A DNA stretch of 55,394 bases from a virus (Duplodnaviria; Caudoviricetes), in the IMG/VR virus record IMGVR_UViG_3300033486_000002, positions 1 through 55,394 of that record. One strand, written 5' to 3'. Under the pieces are notes generated by a model. It was not told where the DNA came from and searched no databases. It was given only the letters and a program-made list of their open reading frames with translations. Shown here one piece after another: positions 35,968 to 45,553 of the stretch; position 1 is the first letter of the stretch, and each line of letters starts with the position of its first letter. The position numbers and the translations under genes are program-made.

Positions 35968-36905
35968 AGGTTCTCGTCACGGGCGCGTCCGGGTTCCTGG
36001 GGCGCAATCTGTTGCAGGCGTTGCCCATCGACTGGCCGTTCCGGGCGCTGAACGGACGCGCGGCGTGCGACCTCGCGGACGCTACTGTCCATAACGTGCG
36101 TGTGGCCGGGACGACGGACGTGCAGGAGTTGGCGAAGGAGGGGCCGTGGGATGTCGTCTTCCACCTCGCCGCCCGCGTGGACGTGGCCGCCTCGCTCCTC
36201 GCGCCGGACCTCGATGCCCGTGACAACGCGTTCGCTACACTTAACGTCTGTCGCTACGTTAGATGTAAACACCTTATCTACCTGTCCACGGGCGCGGTGT
36301 ACGAAGGGCAGTACGGAGTCGCGGACCAGACGAAGGCGTTGGCGCCGAGTGTACCCTACGCCATACATAAGCTCGTGGGAGAGCATTATGCCCGTGCCGC
36401 CGTACACCGCTGGCACACGGCCGAACGGGCGACCATCGTGCGGTTCTTCGGTGCCTACGGGCCGTGGGAGCCGACGCACAAGCTCATCTACCGACTCGTC
36501 CGCTCGTTCGGCGTAGAAGGCAAGACGGCGTTCGGGCTCGTGGGCGACGGGAACAACTACATCGACGCGATGTGGGCGCCGGACGCCGCCGCCGCGCTGG
36601 TACGCATCGCGCGGGACACGGTGTCCCGCCCGGACGTGTGGACCGTGGACCTCGCGGGCGGGGAGCCGATGCTGGTCACCGACTTCGCCATCTTGGTTAG
36701 TCGCCTACTAGCGGGCCGGGAGCCGGAGTTGTCATACTTCGGTGAGGCCAGCGAGGCGCACCGATTCGCTGCGGACGTGATGCCATTCCGGGCGGCGCTC
36801 GACTGGTGGCCCGCGATGCCGCTCAGACAGGGGCTCGTGGCCTACCGGGACCTCATGCTGGCGAACGCGAAGGAACCCGCGAAAGGAATGGCGGGCGATG
36901 CCTAA
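35964..36905 (+). CDS. NAD-dependent nucleotide-sugar epimerase/dehydratase 3
   Basis: TGASGFLG, FHLAA, STGAVY, YAIHK, RFFGAYGP. Confidence 0.9.
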   Translation: MKVLVTGASGFLGRNLLQALPIDWPFRALNGRAACDLADATVHNVRVAGTTDVQELAKEGPWDVVFHLAARVDVAASLLAPDLDARDNAFATLNVCRYVRCKHLIYLSTGAVYEGQYGVADQTKALAPSVPYAIHKLVGEHYARAAVHRWHTAERATIVRFFGAYGPWEPTHKLIYRLVRSFGVEGKTAFGLVGDGNNYIDAMWAPDAAAALVRIARDTVSRPDVWTVDLAGGEPMLVTDFAILVSRLLAGREPELSYFGEASEAHRFAADVMPFRAALDWWPAMPLRQGLVAYRDLMLANAKEPAKGMAGDA

Positions 36906-37731
36906 CTATCTCGTGGCTGCGGTCGCCGATATCCACGGTGGGTCGTCGCTGGCCCCGTGCCCGGCCGAGGGTGCGCGACTGGCCGACGGCCACAAGGTCC
37001 TGCCGGGCAAGCACCAACGCTGGCTGTGGGGCAAGTGGGTCGGATTCTGGGACGCGACCCGTGCGTGGCGGCAGGAACTCCAAGCCCAACTGGTGCTGGT
37101 GATCGTCGGTGACGCCGCCGACGGGCCGGGGCACCACGGCACCACGCAGCAGATGTCCAACGAGCCGAACGCGCACAAGTACATCGTGGAACGTATCTTC
37201 TCCGTGCCCCGCGCGCTGCACCCCAAGGCGACGTATATGGTGCGCGGGACGGCGGCGCACTCCGGCGGCGAGAGCGCGCCATACGAGGAGGACCTCGCGC
37301 AGCAACTCCGTTGCGTGCGGGATACCAAGACGGGGCTCTGGTCCCGGTGGCATCTGCGGCTGGAGTTGAACGGCGTGCTGTTCGATTTCCAGCACCACGG
37401 GCGGATGGGCACGAGGCCGCACACGCGGCAGAACGTGATGTCCCTGCTGGCGCACCAGATATGGATGGAGCACCGTCTGCGGAACAAGCGTGCGCCGGAC
37501 GTGGCGTTCCGCGCGCACCAGCACCAGTTCGGTGATTCGTTCGACGCCTTCCCCACGCGCGTCATCCAGTTGCCCCCGTGGCAACTCAAGACTTCCTACG
37601 CTCACGCCAAGGTTCCGGAAACCATACAGGACATCGGAGGTGTGCTGTGCGCCGTGTACCCCGACGGCCAGTACGAGATGCGGAAGGTTCTCTACGAACC
37701 CGATTTGCCCCCGGTGGAGAGGCTCGGATGA
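36898..37731 (+). CDS. Calcineurin-like metallophosphoesterase
   Basis: DIH, GDAADG, GTAAH, HHG and AHQH motifs. Confidence 0.78.
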   Translation: MPNYLVAAVADIHGGSSLAPCPAEGARLADGHKVLPGKHQRWLWGKWVGFWDATRAWRQELQAQLVLVIVGDAADGPGHHGTTQQMSNEPNAHKYIVERIFSVPRALHPKATYMVRGTAAHSGGESAPYEEDLAQQLRCVRDTKTGLWSRWHLRLELNGVLFDFQHHGRMGTRPHTRQNVMSLLAHQIWMEHRLRNKRAPDVAFRAHQHQFGDSFDAFPTRVIQLPPWQLKTSYAHAKVPETIQDIGGVLCAVYPDGQYEMRKVLYEPDLPPVERLG

Positions 37732-37961
37732 CGCAGGATGAAATGCTGGCGGCCATTCGCAAGGTCGTGGGCCAGGAGCAGAACGACCCCGGCATGAGCG
37801 CACGCCAGTATGCGGAGGCCGAGGGTATCTCGGTGGATGCGGCGCGATTGCGTTTGGAGCGCAAGGTGGAACTCGGCCTGCTTATCAAGGGTTATGCGCC
37901 GGTCATGCAGGTGACGGGCCGCATGGTCAGGACGCCGGTCTACCGGCCAGCGGGAACGTAG
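37728..37961 (+). CDS. Small winged-helix-like protein
   Basis: MSARQYAEAEGISVDAARLRL...GLL...VY pattern. Confidence 0.55.
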   Translation: MTQDEMLAAIRKVVGQEQNDPGMSARQYAEAEGISVDAARLRLERKVELGLLIKGYAPVMQVTGRMVRTPVYRPAGT

Positions 37962-38767
37962 TGGCTGAGTACTTCGCGGTGCCGCTAACGCTGACACCCA
38001 TCCCGAAGGTGTCCTACATCCTCACCCGCACGAGCGAGCACGACGGCTGGTTCAGCGATTTCCAGAAGGGGCGCCGCGAGATCGTGGCGGCGCTGCTCAC
38101 GGACCCCGCGAACGTCATCTTCGAGGTGTGGCGCACCAGCGACGCGGAGGCGGGGAGCCAGCCGGTGGGGCTGGTGGTGTTCACTGACATCACGCCGTAC
38201 GTGAACGCGGAGTTCCACCCCATCTTCTTCGATGGCAAGCTGGCGAATGCATTGGGTAAGCGGAACCTGTTGCTCTCGCTGTTGCTCTGGGCATTCCAGA
38301 ACCTCGCGGTGGAGCGCATCAGCATCGAGATACCGGAGTTCGCGGGTCCGCTGATCCACTACGCCCGCAAGAAGCTCGGCTTCCGTTTCGAGGCCGAGGG
38401 TCGTATGATTACTAGGTGGACCAAGGTCTCTCGGCGTAGGTCTGAGAGGGTCCAGGAGACGCCCACGGCGGCGCAGGCCGCGTTGGGCAGCCGCAAACAT
38501 CGCATCGTGCGCTATCGCGGCGAGTGGCACGACCTCATCCTACTGAGCGTGACACGCGGGGAGTTCGCGGATTTCCTCGCCGCCACGTACAGCCACGGAG
38601 GCGCGAGCGATGGGCGGATTCTTCAAGAAGCCGCAGCCGTACCAAGCGGTCCCGAAGGACCTACAGGGGTTCCGGGCGGGGCAGGTGGGTCAGGCCCAGA
38701 ACTGGATGAGCCAGTTGGCGGGCCTGGGCCAGCAGCCGACGGACCTCCAGCGACTACCGGCGGGTAG
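37961..38767 (+). CDS. GNAT-fold protein preceding the ejection proteins
   Basis: KLGFRFE...G.WHD...L RimJ/RimL-like motif; position matches T7 gp13/P22 gp14. Confidence 0.65.
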   Translation: MAEYFAVPLTLTPIPKVSYILTRTSEHDGWFSDFQKGRREIVAALLTDPANVIFEVWRTSDAEAGSQPVGLVVFTDITPYVNAEFHPIFFDGKLANALGKRNLLLSLLLWAFQNLAVERISIEIPEFAGPLIHYARKKLGFRFEAEGRMITRWTKVSRRRSERVQETPTAAQAALGSRKHRIVRYRGEWHDLILLSVTRGEFADFLAATYSHGGASDGRILQEAAAVPSGPEGPTGVPGGAGGSGPELDEPVGGPGPAADGPPATTGG

Positions 38768-39425
38768 TTACCTCACTCAGTTTCTCAACGCGAATCCAGA
38801 ACAGCAGGCGCTGACGCAGGCGATGCCTGCGCTGTTGGCGCAGCTATCCGGCGTGCCGGGCTCCGACGTGCTGGACCCCTTGCGGGCCATCAGTGGTCGG
38901 AACCTTGAGGACTCTCTGACGCAGATGCGCGCTGGCGTGCCCAACCGGATGAGCAGCGCCGCGTTGTGGCAGGAGGGGGCCACGCGGCAGCGGAGCGCGC
39001 AGGACTTCAACCTGCTTGCCTCGCAGATAATGGAGCAAGGCCGTGCGCGCCAGATACAGGCGGCGCAGATGCTCGGCGTCCTGAGTGGGCAGGCGGGAAT
39101 GAACCCGTTCCAGCGCGCGATGGGTGCGGGCCAGTTGGGGCTACAGGCGCAGGGGCAGCAGATGCAGGCGCTGATGAGCCTGTTGGCCCCGATGATGGGC
39201 GCGGCGTACGGCGGGCCGATGATACAGGGCACGAGCGGGTTCGAGAACTTGCTGGCGGGCGTGCAGACGGCGGCCCCGTTCGTGGGGGCGCCGGTCACGG
39301 GTGGCGCATCGCTTGCGTTCGCGGGCAAGGGGGCTACGAAGGGCGGTGGCGATATGCCGATGGCCCCCAAGGGGGGGATGCAACTACCGTGGTGGATGAT
39401 GCTACCGCAGACGCAATGGGGCTAG
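38610..39425 (+). CDS. Putative DNA ejection/internal virion protein (small)
   Basis: MGGFFK start, Q/G/A-rich, hydrophobic APVTGGASLA segment. Confidence 0.65.
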   Translation: MGGFFKKPQPYQAVPKDLQGFRAGQVGQAQNWMSQLAGLGQQPTDLQRLPAGSYLTQFLNANPEQQALTQAMPALLAQLSGVPGSDVLDPLRAISGRNLEDSLTQMRAGVPNRMSSAALWQEGATRQRSAQDFNLLASQIMEQGRARQIQAAQMLGVLSGQAGMNPFQRAMGAGQLGLQAQGQQMQALMSLLAPMMGAAYGGPMIQGTSGFENLLAGVQTAAPFVGAPVTGGASLAFAGKGATKGGGDMPMAPKGGMQLPWWMMLPQTQWG

Positions 39426-39428
39426 ATA

Positions 39429-40370
39429 ATGACCATCCCTCTGATTCAGCAGCCGGGGCCGTTCCAGCAGTTGCAGGCGACGGTGGAGGCCATCCAGCAG
39501 CAACGCCAGCAGCGGCAGGCGCAGGCGCTGGCGGCACTCGCGCAGCAGACGCAAATCCAGCAGCAACAGGGCGAGATAGCGATGCAGCCCGCGCGGCGCG
39601 AGGCGATGGAAGCTGGTACCGCGCAGACACGGGCCGAGACCAACCGCGCGCAGCAGACGTTCGACCGTGAGCAAGAGGATGCGCGGGCCGTGACTAACGC
39701 CGTGGCGCTCGTACGTGGCGCACGACCCGACGCACCGGACTACGACCAGCGGATGTCCGCCGCGCTCGCCACGCTACGCCGCCCCGAGCAGATCATCAAG
39801 TTCCGGGATGCCGTACAGGCGGAGACGCAGGCTGCTACGGTGGCGCAGGCGGCGCAGGATGCACGCGAGAAGGCGGCGCTCGAACGTCAGCAGCGCGTGC
39901 TCCAGCGCCAGCGGCTCACGGGACTCACGGCAATGGTCGAAAGCGATCCCGCGTACCGACGGTTGTGGCAGGAATTGGGCGATCCGGCGGTAGCGGAGTA
40001 CCGCATCGCGCAGTTGCGGGCAGCGACGGCGGGCCGCGAAGGCAACAATCAGGCGGCGATGGCGCAGCGGCAACTCATCATTGACGCCATCAATGGTGCA
40101 CGGACGGCGTGGCAGGACCAGATGAAAGCCTACAACGAGGGAGGGGGCCGGGCGGCGTACTACTACTATGACCGCGACGGCAACCTCCGCCAGCACGACC
40201 CGCGTACCGCACCCGAAGGCGCGGCGCGGCCTATGCCGCGCGAGTCGATGTTCCGCGCGGCGGCGTACCAGCAGATTGCAACCGACCTCGGCATCACACC
40301 GCAGGCGGTCGCCACGCTGATGCGACAGTTGCTCATCCCTACTACGGGGACACCCGCGCGCAGGCGCTGA
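39429..40370 (+). CDS. Putative DNA ejection/internal virion protein (medium)
   Basis: Q/A-rich helical, 313 aa, between the small and large ejection candidates. Confidence 0.6.
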   Translation: MTIPLIQQPGPFQQLQATVEAIQQQRQQRQAQALAALAQQTQIQQQQGEIAMQPARREAMEAGTAQTRAETNRAQQTFDREQEDARAVTNAVALVRGARPDAPDYDQRMSAALATLRRPEQIIKFRDAVQAETQAATVAQAAQDAREKAALERQQRVLQRQRLTGLTAMVESDPAYRRLWQELGDPAVAEYRIAQLRAATAGREGNNQAAMAQRQLIIDAINGARTAWQDQMKAYNEGGGRAAYYYYDRDGNLRQHDPRTAPEGAARPMPRESMFRAAAYQQIATDLGITPQAVATLMRQLLIPTTGTPARRR

Positions 40371-43300
40371 TGACCGCACCGCGTATCCCGTCCACGGCCA
40401 CGCAGGACTGGTTGCGTCTGCCGCCGCCAATGGCGCAGGACGTGACTTTGACGGCACAGACCCCACCTCCGCCTTCGCTTCCTCGTTCCATTGGAGCGGC
40501 CCCGCCGGAACCGCTTCCTCGTTCCCTTAATGCGTCCTTCCAAGAAATCGAGGCGGCACAGCATCGTCCATATGTCCTTCGAGGACTACGCGACCTCGGG
40601 GCGCTGATGGGCGATGCCGCCGTCAAGACGAGTGCGGCCCGGGAACGGGCGGTTGAGGCAGTCTATGCACAACGACCCGGTGCCGAGGGGGCCTTTGGCC
40701 GCTTCGTACAAGAATCAATTCCATTCGTTCCCGCCATAGCGGCGGCAGAGATGGTGCTTCCCGCCACTATAGGTACTGGATTCATCGCTCGCGCACTCCG
40801 TACGGGGGCGTCGTTTGGGCTTGCTGGCGGAGGGTTGGCTGCCGCAGAGGGTGGGACGCCAAGCGAGATAGCACGATCTGCCGCCCTCAATGCCGCAATG
40901 GGTGTTGGAATGGCAGGGGCGGGTCGGTTGACGAGTCGTGTCTTGTCAGGCTGGGAACGTGCGGCACTCGCGCGGCAGCAACTCCGGGAGGACGTGCAAC
41001 GCGCGCTCGGGAACGAGGCTGGTGTGCCGATGGCGGCGCTACCGGAGCCGAGCCCGCAGTACCTCACCGCGCGTGCAGCAGAGGGTGGGAACCTGCCCGA
41101 GGGGTGGTTCAGGCCGCTTTCGAGCCTCGAACGCCAAACCACGCCGGAGGCGGCAATCGCACATCCCACGGCGCTACGGGACGCAGCGGGCAACCCGATT
41201 CCAGGGACAGAGGTTCCCGCCTCTTCGACCCCAGCGGCGATTGAGACACCGTTCGGGCTCCAGCCCGGCTACATCCCCTCGTCACTGATGGTCGGGATGG
41301 CACGCACGGGCATCGGGGCACTGATGGGTGCGCCCGTGGGTGCCACGCTCGCGCCACCGGGCGAGAAGGGGCGCGGTGCGGTGGCTGGCGCGTTCATCGG
41401 CGCGGCGGTTCTCGGCCCCGGTGGCGAGGCGGCGATGCGAGCGCAGGCGCGGAGCCTCACACGAGCGGCGGAGACCGCGCTACGCGATCCCGCCGTGATG
41501 GCGGTGGACCGCACGATAGACCACACGGGCTCCCTCGCGCGCCGCATCCGCCGGGCGGCGAATCCGATAGATTGGGAACGCGCGTACCAGCAGGTGGCGA
41601 ACGATCTCTACCCACTGGAGCGTCCGGGATTCGAGGCAACAGAGGCCGGGCGTCTGCGGCCGAGCCAGAACCCGGCTTATGTTGTCCAGCGGTTCAAGGC
41701 CTCGGACGAGACCGTCCGACGCGCCGTCTACCACGGCATCCCGGACCCCCTAGATGTGCGCGCCACGGTGGGGCCGTCCTATGAGTGGATGGTGGAGCCC
41801 CTTGGCCGCGACCCCGCGATGGTGCGTGCGGCGGACGACTTCATCAAGGCCACACGGGACCTCGGGCGCGGCGGCGCGCGGGGCACGCCGGAGTACCTGG
41901 CCTCGCTACCCGATGCGGTGAACCGGCTGGGCCAAGTGCCGGAGTTACAGGAGTTCATCCGCCGCGCCGACCAGTACGTGAACGGGCTCCGGTCCTACGC
42001 GCTGCGGTCGGGGCTATGGAATCCTCGGCAGGTTGACGCCCTCGTCAACAGCGACGCCATTTGGATGCCCTACAAACGCATCATCGGTGACGTGTTCGGC
42101 GTGCCGTATGGGGGGCTGCGGTCCAGCGGGCGGCTGGCGAACGTGACACCCGGCATCCTGCGGTTTAAGGGCGGTACAGAACCCATCGAGAGCCCGTTGC
42201 GGTCGCTGCTGGAGTACACGGACCTCATCATCCGGCGGGCGGATAGGTACCGCGTCGGTGCGGCGGTGTTCGATTTCCACCGTGCCGTGCCGGAGATGGA
42301 GTTGCTGACGCCGTTCGAGAAGCCGAAGCTCGCGGCACCGACAGCCACCGCGCCGCTGATGCTGGAGCCCGAGGCGGCGGAGGCGTTGGGCGACCTTCGC
42401 GTGGAGATAGAGAGTCCCCACAACCCCGAAATCTGGCGCAACGTGCAGACCGGCGTGGACGAGGCCGGGCAACCCGTATGGGGACGGGAGTACGCGCGCG
42501 TCAACTACCCGCGCTACTGGCAGGCGCTCCTGAATCTGCGGCCCAACGACATCACGGCGTTCGGGCGGTTGCTCAACGTGACGCTCGGCACCGCGCGCAC
42601 GATCTTCACGGCCACCACCACGGGACTCAACCCCCGGTTCGGGATGGCCTACAACCCTATCCGCGACGTGATGCAGGCCAGCGGCCAGATGCCCGCGCAA
42701 CCCACCGGGGTTCTGGGCGGCATCACCGGCTGGCTCTCCGGCTACGGCGGCGCAATCAACCAAGCAGTAGGTGGCGGCACTCCAGCCACTAGCGCGCTGG
42801 AGGCTGGGCTTGGCGGCGCGTCCTATTTCGAGCATCCCATCGGCGTCGGTGCCGTCGCTCGCCGCCTGATCCCGTCGGGTCGGGCGCAGAAGGGGCTGGC
42901 CGCCGTTGCGCGCATTATCGGCAGGCCGATTACCGCGCTGGAGCGGATGGGTACTATCTCTGACCGGGGACCACGCTACGCCACGGCAGAATCCGCCATG
43001 CGGTCGGTACAGGGTAGGGTGGATCGGAGGGAGTGGACGCCGGAGGACCAGTGGCTCTACGGCATCGCGGCGGGGCGTACGTCAACCATCGACTTCTGGA
43101 ACAAGCCGGGCGCGCGGAGTCTCGCGTGGCTCCGCAAGTACGTACCATTCCTCGGACCCGCGCTCCAGGGGCCGTTCCGCACGCTGGACGCGATACGCAC
43201 CAACCCTAGGGGCGTGATTGAGTACGGTGCGCTGGCATCCCTGTTCGGGGTACTGGAGTGGACGTTACACAACCGTAACGATGCTGTGCGGACGCGGGTG

Positions 43301-44248
43301 GACGACCGCGATCCGAACGAGCGCGCGTCGTTCGCGCTCCTGCCGTTCGGCAGTACGGGCGGGATGATGGTGCGGGTGCCGATGCAGCAGGACATCAACG
43401 TCGTGCGTGCGCTGACGCTGGCGGGGCTGGAGCACTTTGCGGACGAGAACCCCGACGCAGCGCGCGTCTTCGGGCAGTCGGTGCTGCGGATGATGCCGCC
43501 CGGTGTATCGGAGAGCCTAGAACTCGGGATGCCGGTGCCCCCGATACCCGGCGTGCTACAGGTCGCGGAGAACGCCGTCAACCGTCGGAGCTTCGGTGGT
43601 GCGCCCGTGGTGCCGGAGTCGATGATGCGTCTGCCGCCGGAACTCAGGCGGCGGGAGACGACGGCCCGCACGTTCGACGTGCTGGCGAGTGCGCTACGGG
43701 TACTGCCGGGGATGGATCAGTTGTCACCGCTACAGGTGGAGAACGTGGCGCGCGGCATCTTCTCTGCGGCTACACCAATGATAACGGGCGTACTCGAACC
43801 GCTGGCCGCGCAGATTGCCGGGGAACAGGCAGTACACATCCCGAGCAGGATGAACCTGTCGGTTACCGGCTTGGTGGCGCGGCAACCGGCTGGGCGCACG
43901 GCGGCGGAGGGCCGCTACTACCGGATGCGGTCCAAGATAGAGCAGGCGTCGGGCGCGTACCGCGAGGCGCTGGAGCGTGGCGACCCGGACGCCATCCGTA
44001 GGTCGGAGCGACTAGCCGACCTGATGGCTGATGTGCGGTGGATCGACCGGGAGGTGGCCGGTTACCGGGACGAGTACGACGCCGTCGTGGAACTGGCGGG
44101 CCGAAACCGTATCACGCCACAGGACGCGCGGTGGCGGATTGACAGGCTGACGCTGGAGCGCCAGCGGTTCATGCGGGCGGAGGAGGTTCGCCTGCGCCGT
44201 GATTTTGAGCGCGCCACCAAGCATACGCCGAGTCGTAGCCGTCGCTGA
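40370..44248 (+). CDS. Large internal virion/ejection protein, C-terminus resembling LPD38-type domains
   Basis: 1292 aa, last late gene; NPIRD, PFL, N.SF.G.P(V/I)VP, SPLQVEN..RG motifs. Confidence 0.7.
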   Translation: MTAPRIPSTATQDWLRLPPPMAQDVTLTAQTPPPPSLPRSIGAAPPEPLPRSLNASFQEIEAAQHRPYVLRGLRDLGALMGDAAVKTSAARERAVEAVYAQRPGAEGAFGRFVQESIPFVPAIAAAEMVLPATIGTGFIARALRTGASFGLAGGGLAAAEGGTPSEIARSAALNAAMGVGMAGAGRLTSRVLSGWERAALARQQLREDVQRALGNEAGVPMAALPEPSPQYLTARAAEGGNLPEGWFRPLSSLERQTTPEAAIAHPTALRDAAGNPIPGTEVPASSTPAAIETPFGLQPGYIPSSLMVGMARTGIGALMGAPVGATLAPPGEKGRGAVAGAFIGAAVLGPGGEAAMRAQARSLTRAAETALRDPAVMAVDRTIDHTGSLARRIRRAANPIDWERAYQQVANDLYPLERPGFEATEAGRLRPSQNPAYVVQRFKASDETVRRAVYHGIPDPLDVRATVGPSYEWMVEPLGRDPAMVRAADDFIKATRDLGRGGARGTPEYLASLPDAVNRLGQVPELQEFIRRADQYVNGLRSYALRSGLWNPRQVDALVNSDAIWMPYKRIIGDVFGVPYGGLRSSGRLANVTPGILRFKGGTEPIESPLRSLLEYTDLIIRRADRYRVGAAVFDFHRAVPEMELLTPFEKPKLAAPTATAPLMLEPEAAEALGDLRVEIESPHNPEIWRNVQTGVDEAGQPVWGREYARVNYPRYWQALLNLRPNDITAFGRLLNVTLGTARTIFTATTTGLNPRFGMAYNPIRDVMQASGQMPAQPTGVLGGITGWLSGYGGAINQAVGGGTPATSALEAGLGGASYFEHPIGVGAVARRLIPSGRAQKGLAAVARIIGRPITALERMGTISDRGPRYATAESAMRSVQGRVDRREWTPEDQWLYGIAAGRTSTIDFWNKPGARSLAWLRKYVPFLGPALQGPFRTLDAIRTNPRGVIEYGALASLFGVLEWTLHNRNDAVRTRVDDRDPNERASFALLPFGSTGGMMVRVPMQQDINVVRALTLAGLEHFADENPDAARVFGQSVLRMMPPGVSESLELGMPVPPIPGVLQVAENAVNRRSFGGAPVVPESMMRLPPELRRRETTARTFDVLASALRVLPGMDQLSPLQVENVARGIFSAATPMITGVLEPLAAQIAGEQAVHIPSRMNLSVTGLVARQPAGRTAAEGRYYRMRSKIEQASGAYREALERGDPDAIRRSERLADLMADVRWIDREVAGYRDEYDAVVELAGRNRITPQDARWRIDRLTLERQRFMRAEEVRLRRDFERATKHTPSRSRR

Positions 44249-44320
44249 ACGCCACAACCTCCAGCCGGGCGCGCTGCACGTAGTTGAGCCGCCTGTGCCA
44301 GAACCAGTAGCGAATCCACT

Positions 44321-44597
44321 TCACGGTACGCTCACGCGGTACTCGTAGAGGCCGGGCACGTCGCGCACGCGGCGGCGCTCGACGCGGTAGTGGTACGGGA
44401 ACTTGCGGAGGTCACGTAGTCGCGCGCTCGCTCCGGGCTCCGACGCGCCGCAGGCGTGGGCCACGTCTGCGATGGTGCGCCACTCGCCGTCAAGCATCAG
44501 CGCACGCACGCGTGCGGTCTGCGTGGCGATGCGCGCGGTGTCCTCGCGTGGTATCGGACAGCCGGTGTCGAACAGGTCAGGTTGCGGTGCGGACACG
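44321..44597 (-). CDS. Small winged-helix protein (start uncertain)
   Basis: MLDGEWRT...SEPGASARLRDLRK...GLYEYR. Confidence 0.7.
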
Positions 44598-44852
44598 GAT
44601 GACCCATACGAGGCCGCAGTTGAGGCAGACGCCGTTGCGCGTACGGTAGCCGCAGGCGCAGGCGCGGCCCGTGGGCCACGGTGGGGTAGGGTACCGTTTG
44701 CGCATCGTACGGGCGCGGCATACGTGGTCGCGGGCGCGGCGTGCGCGGCAGTCGCGGCACCGCGACTCGTGGCCGTCGGGATTGTCGGCCTTGGGACCGA
44801 ATGCACGGAGCGGGCGGACGCGTCCGCAGTCGGCGCACGGCTTGCGGCTCAC
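44577..44852 (-). CDS. Zinc-finger protein
   Basis: CADC..F...DG..SRCRDC followed by CACG...CLNC. Confidence 0.55.
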   Translation of the reverse strand: MSRKPCADCGRVRPLRAFGPKADNPDGHESRCRDCRARRARDHVCRARTMRKRYPTPPWPTGRACACGYRTRNGVCLNCGLVWVIRVRTAT

Positions 44853-45553
44853 CGGCTGGCCTCCTCGGGCCACTCCTGCCGCCATAGGTCGTCCGGGATA
44901 CGCCCCTGCTGGCCGGGCCGGGCGACGCTGTCCTGCTTGACCCAGACGGGCACCCCCGCGCGGTCGCACTCGTCCACCAGCAGGCGGAGCCAGTCGAGTT
45001 CCATCGGCCGATGCTTCGGCCCGGACTCGCCCCCGATGACCACCCAACCGAGCAGCGCCAGCCACTCGGGTCGCAGCGTCACGCGAGCGATGAGCGGCTC
45101 GCAGGAGAGCCAGAGCACGCCGCCAGGGGCTACGCGGTGCGTCAGGAGCGCGGGCACGCGCGCCGTGGCGTGCTGGTCCTCGACCGATACGCCGAGCCAG
45201 ACGTTCGGCGGCGCGATCCAGTCAACCGGGATGCCCCACGGCCGCTTGGTCACGATCTGGTACGTGTGCTGCGGTGCGCGGGCCATCACGTCCAACGCTT
45301 CGTCGCGCCAGTTGTCGGCGTGCGGATGCCAGAAGTCCGACCACGAGCAGACGAACACCTTGCGCGGCTCCTTCCAGCGCAGGGGTGCCGTGAACGTCGC
45401 TTCGCTCGCCCGCACCACGACGCCGGGGTCCTCGCCGTAGCGCCGCTGATCCCGGTACATATAGCAGTTGGCGCACCCCGCGCTGACCTTCGTGCAGCCG
45501 CGCCAGGGATTGTAGGTGGCGTCGGTCCAGGCGATCCCGGTGCGGCTACCCAC
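44849..45553 (-). CDS. Phage Gp37/Gp68 (DUF5131) radical-SAM-like protein
   Basis: IAWTDATYNPWRGCTKVSAGCANCY, FVCSWSD, TKRP, WLGVSVE, SCEPL, WVVIGGESG, KQ. Confidence 0.9.
   Translation of the reverse strand: MGSRTGIAWTDATYNPWRGCTKVSAGCANCYMYRDQRRYGEDPGVVVRASEATFTAPLRWKEPRKVFVCSWSDFWHPHADNWRDEALDVMARAPQHTYQIVTKRPWGIPVDWIAPPNVWLGVSVEDQHATARVPALLTHRVAPGGVLWLSCEPLIARVTLRPEWLALLGWVVIGGESGPKHRPMELDWLRLLVDECDRAGVPVWVKQDSVARPGQQGRIPDDLWRQEWPEEASR

Noticed and set aside
30555-36905. Host O-antigen/capsule locus joined by misassembly
   Set aside because: The genes are translationally coupled, preceded by the phage-wide promoter motif and flanked by phage genes; no transport genes.
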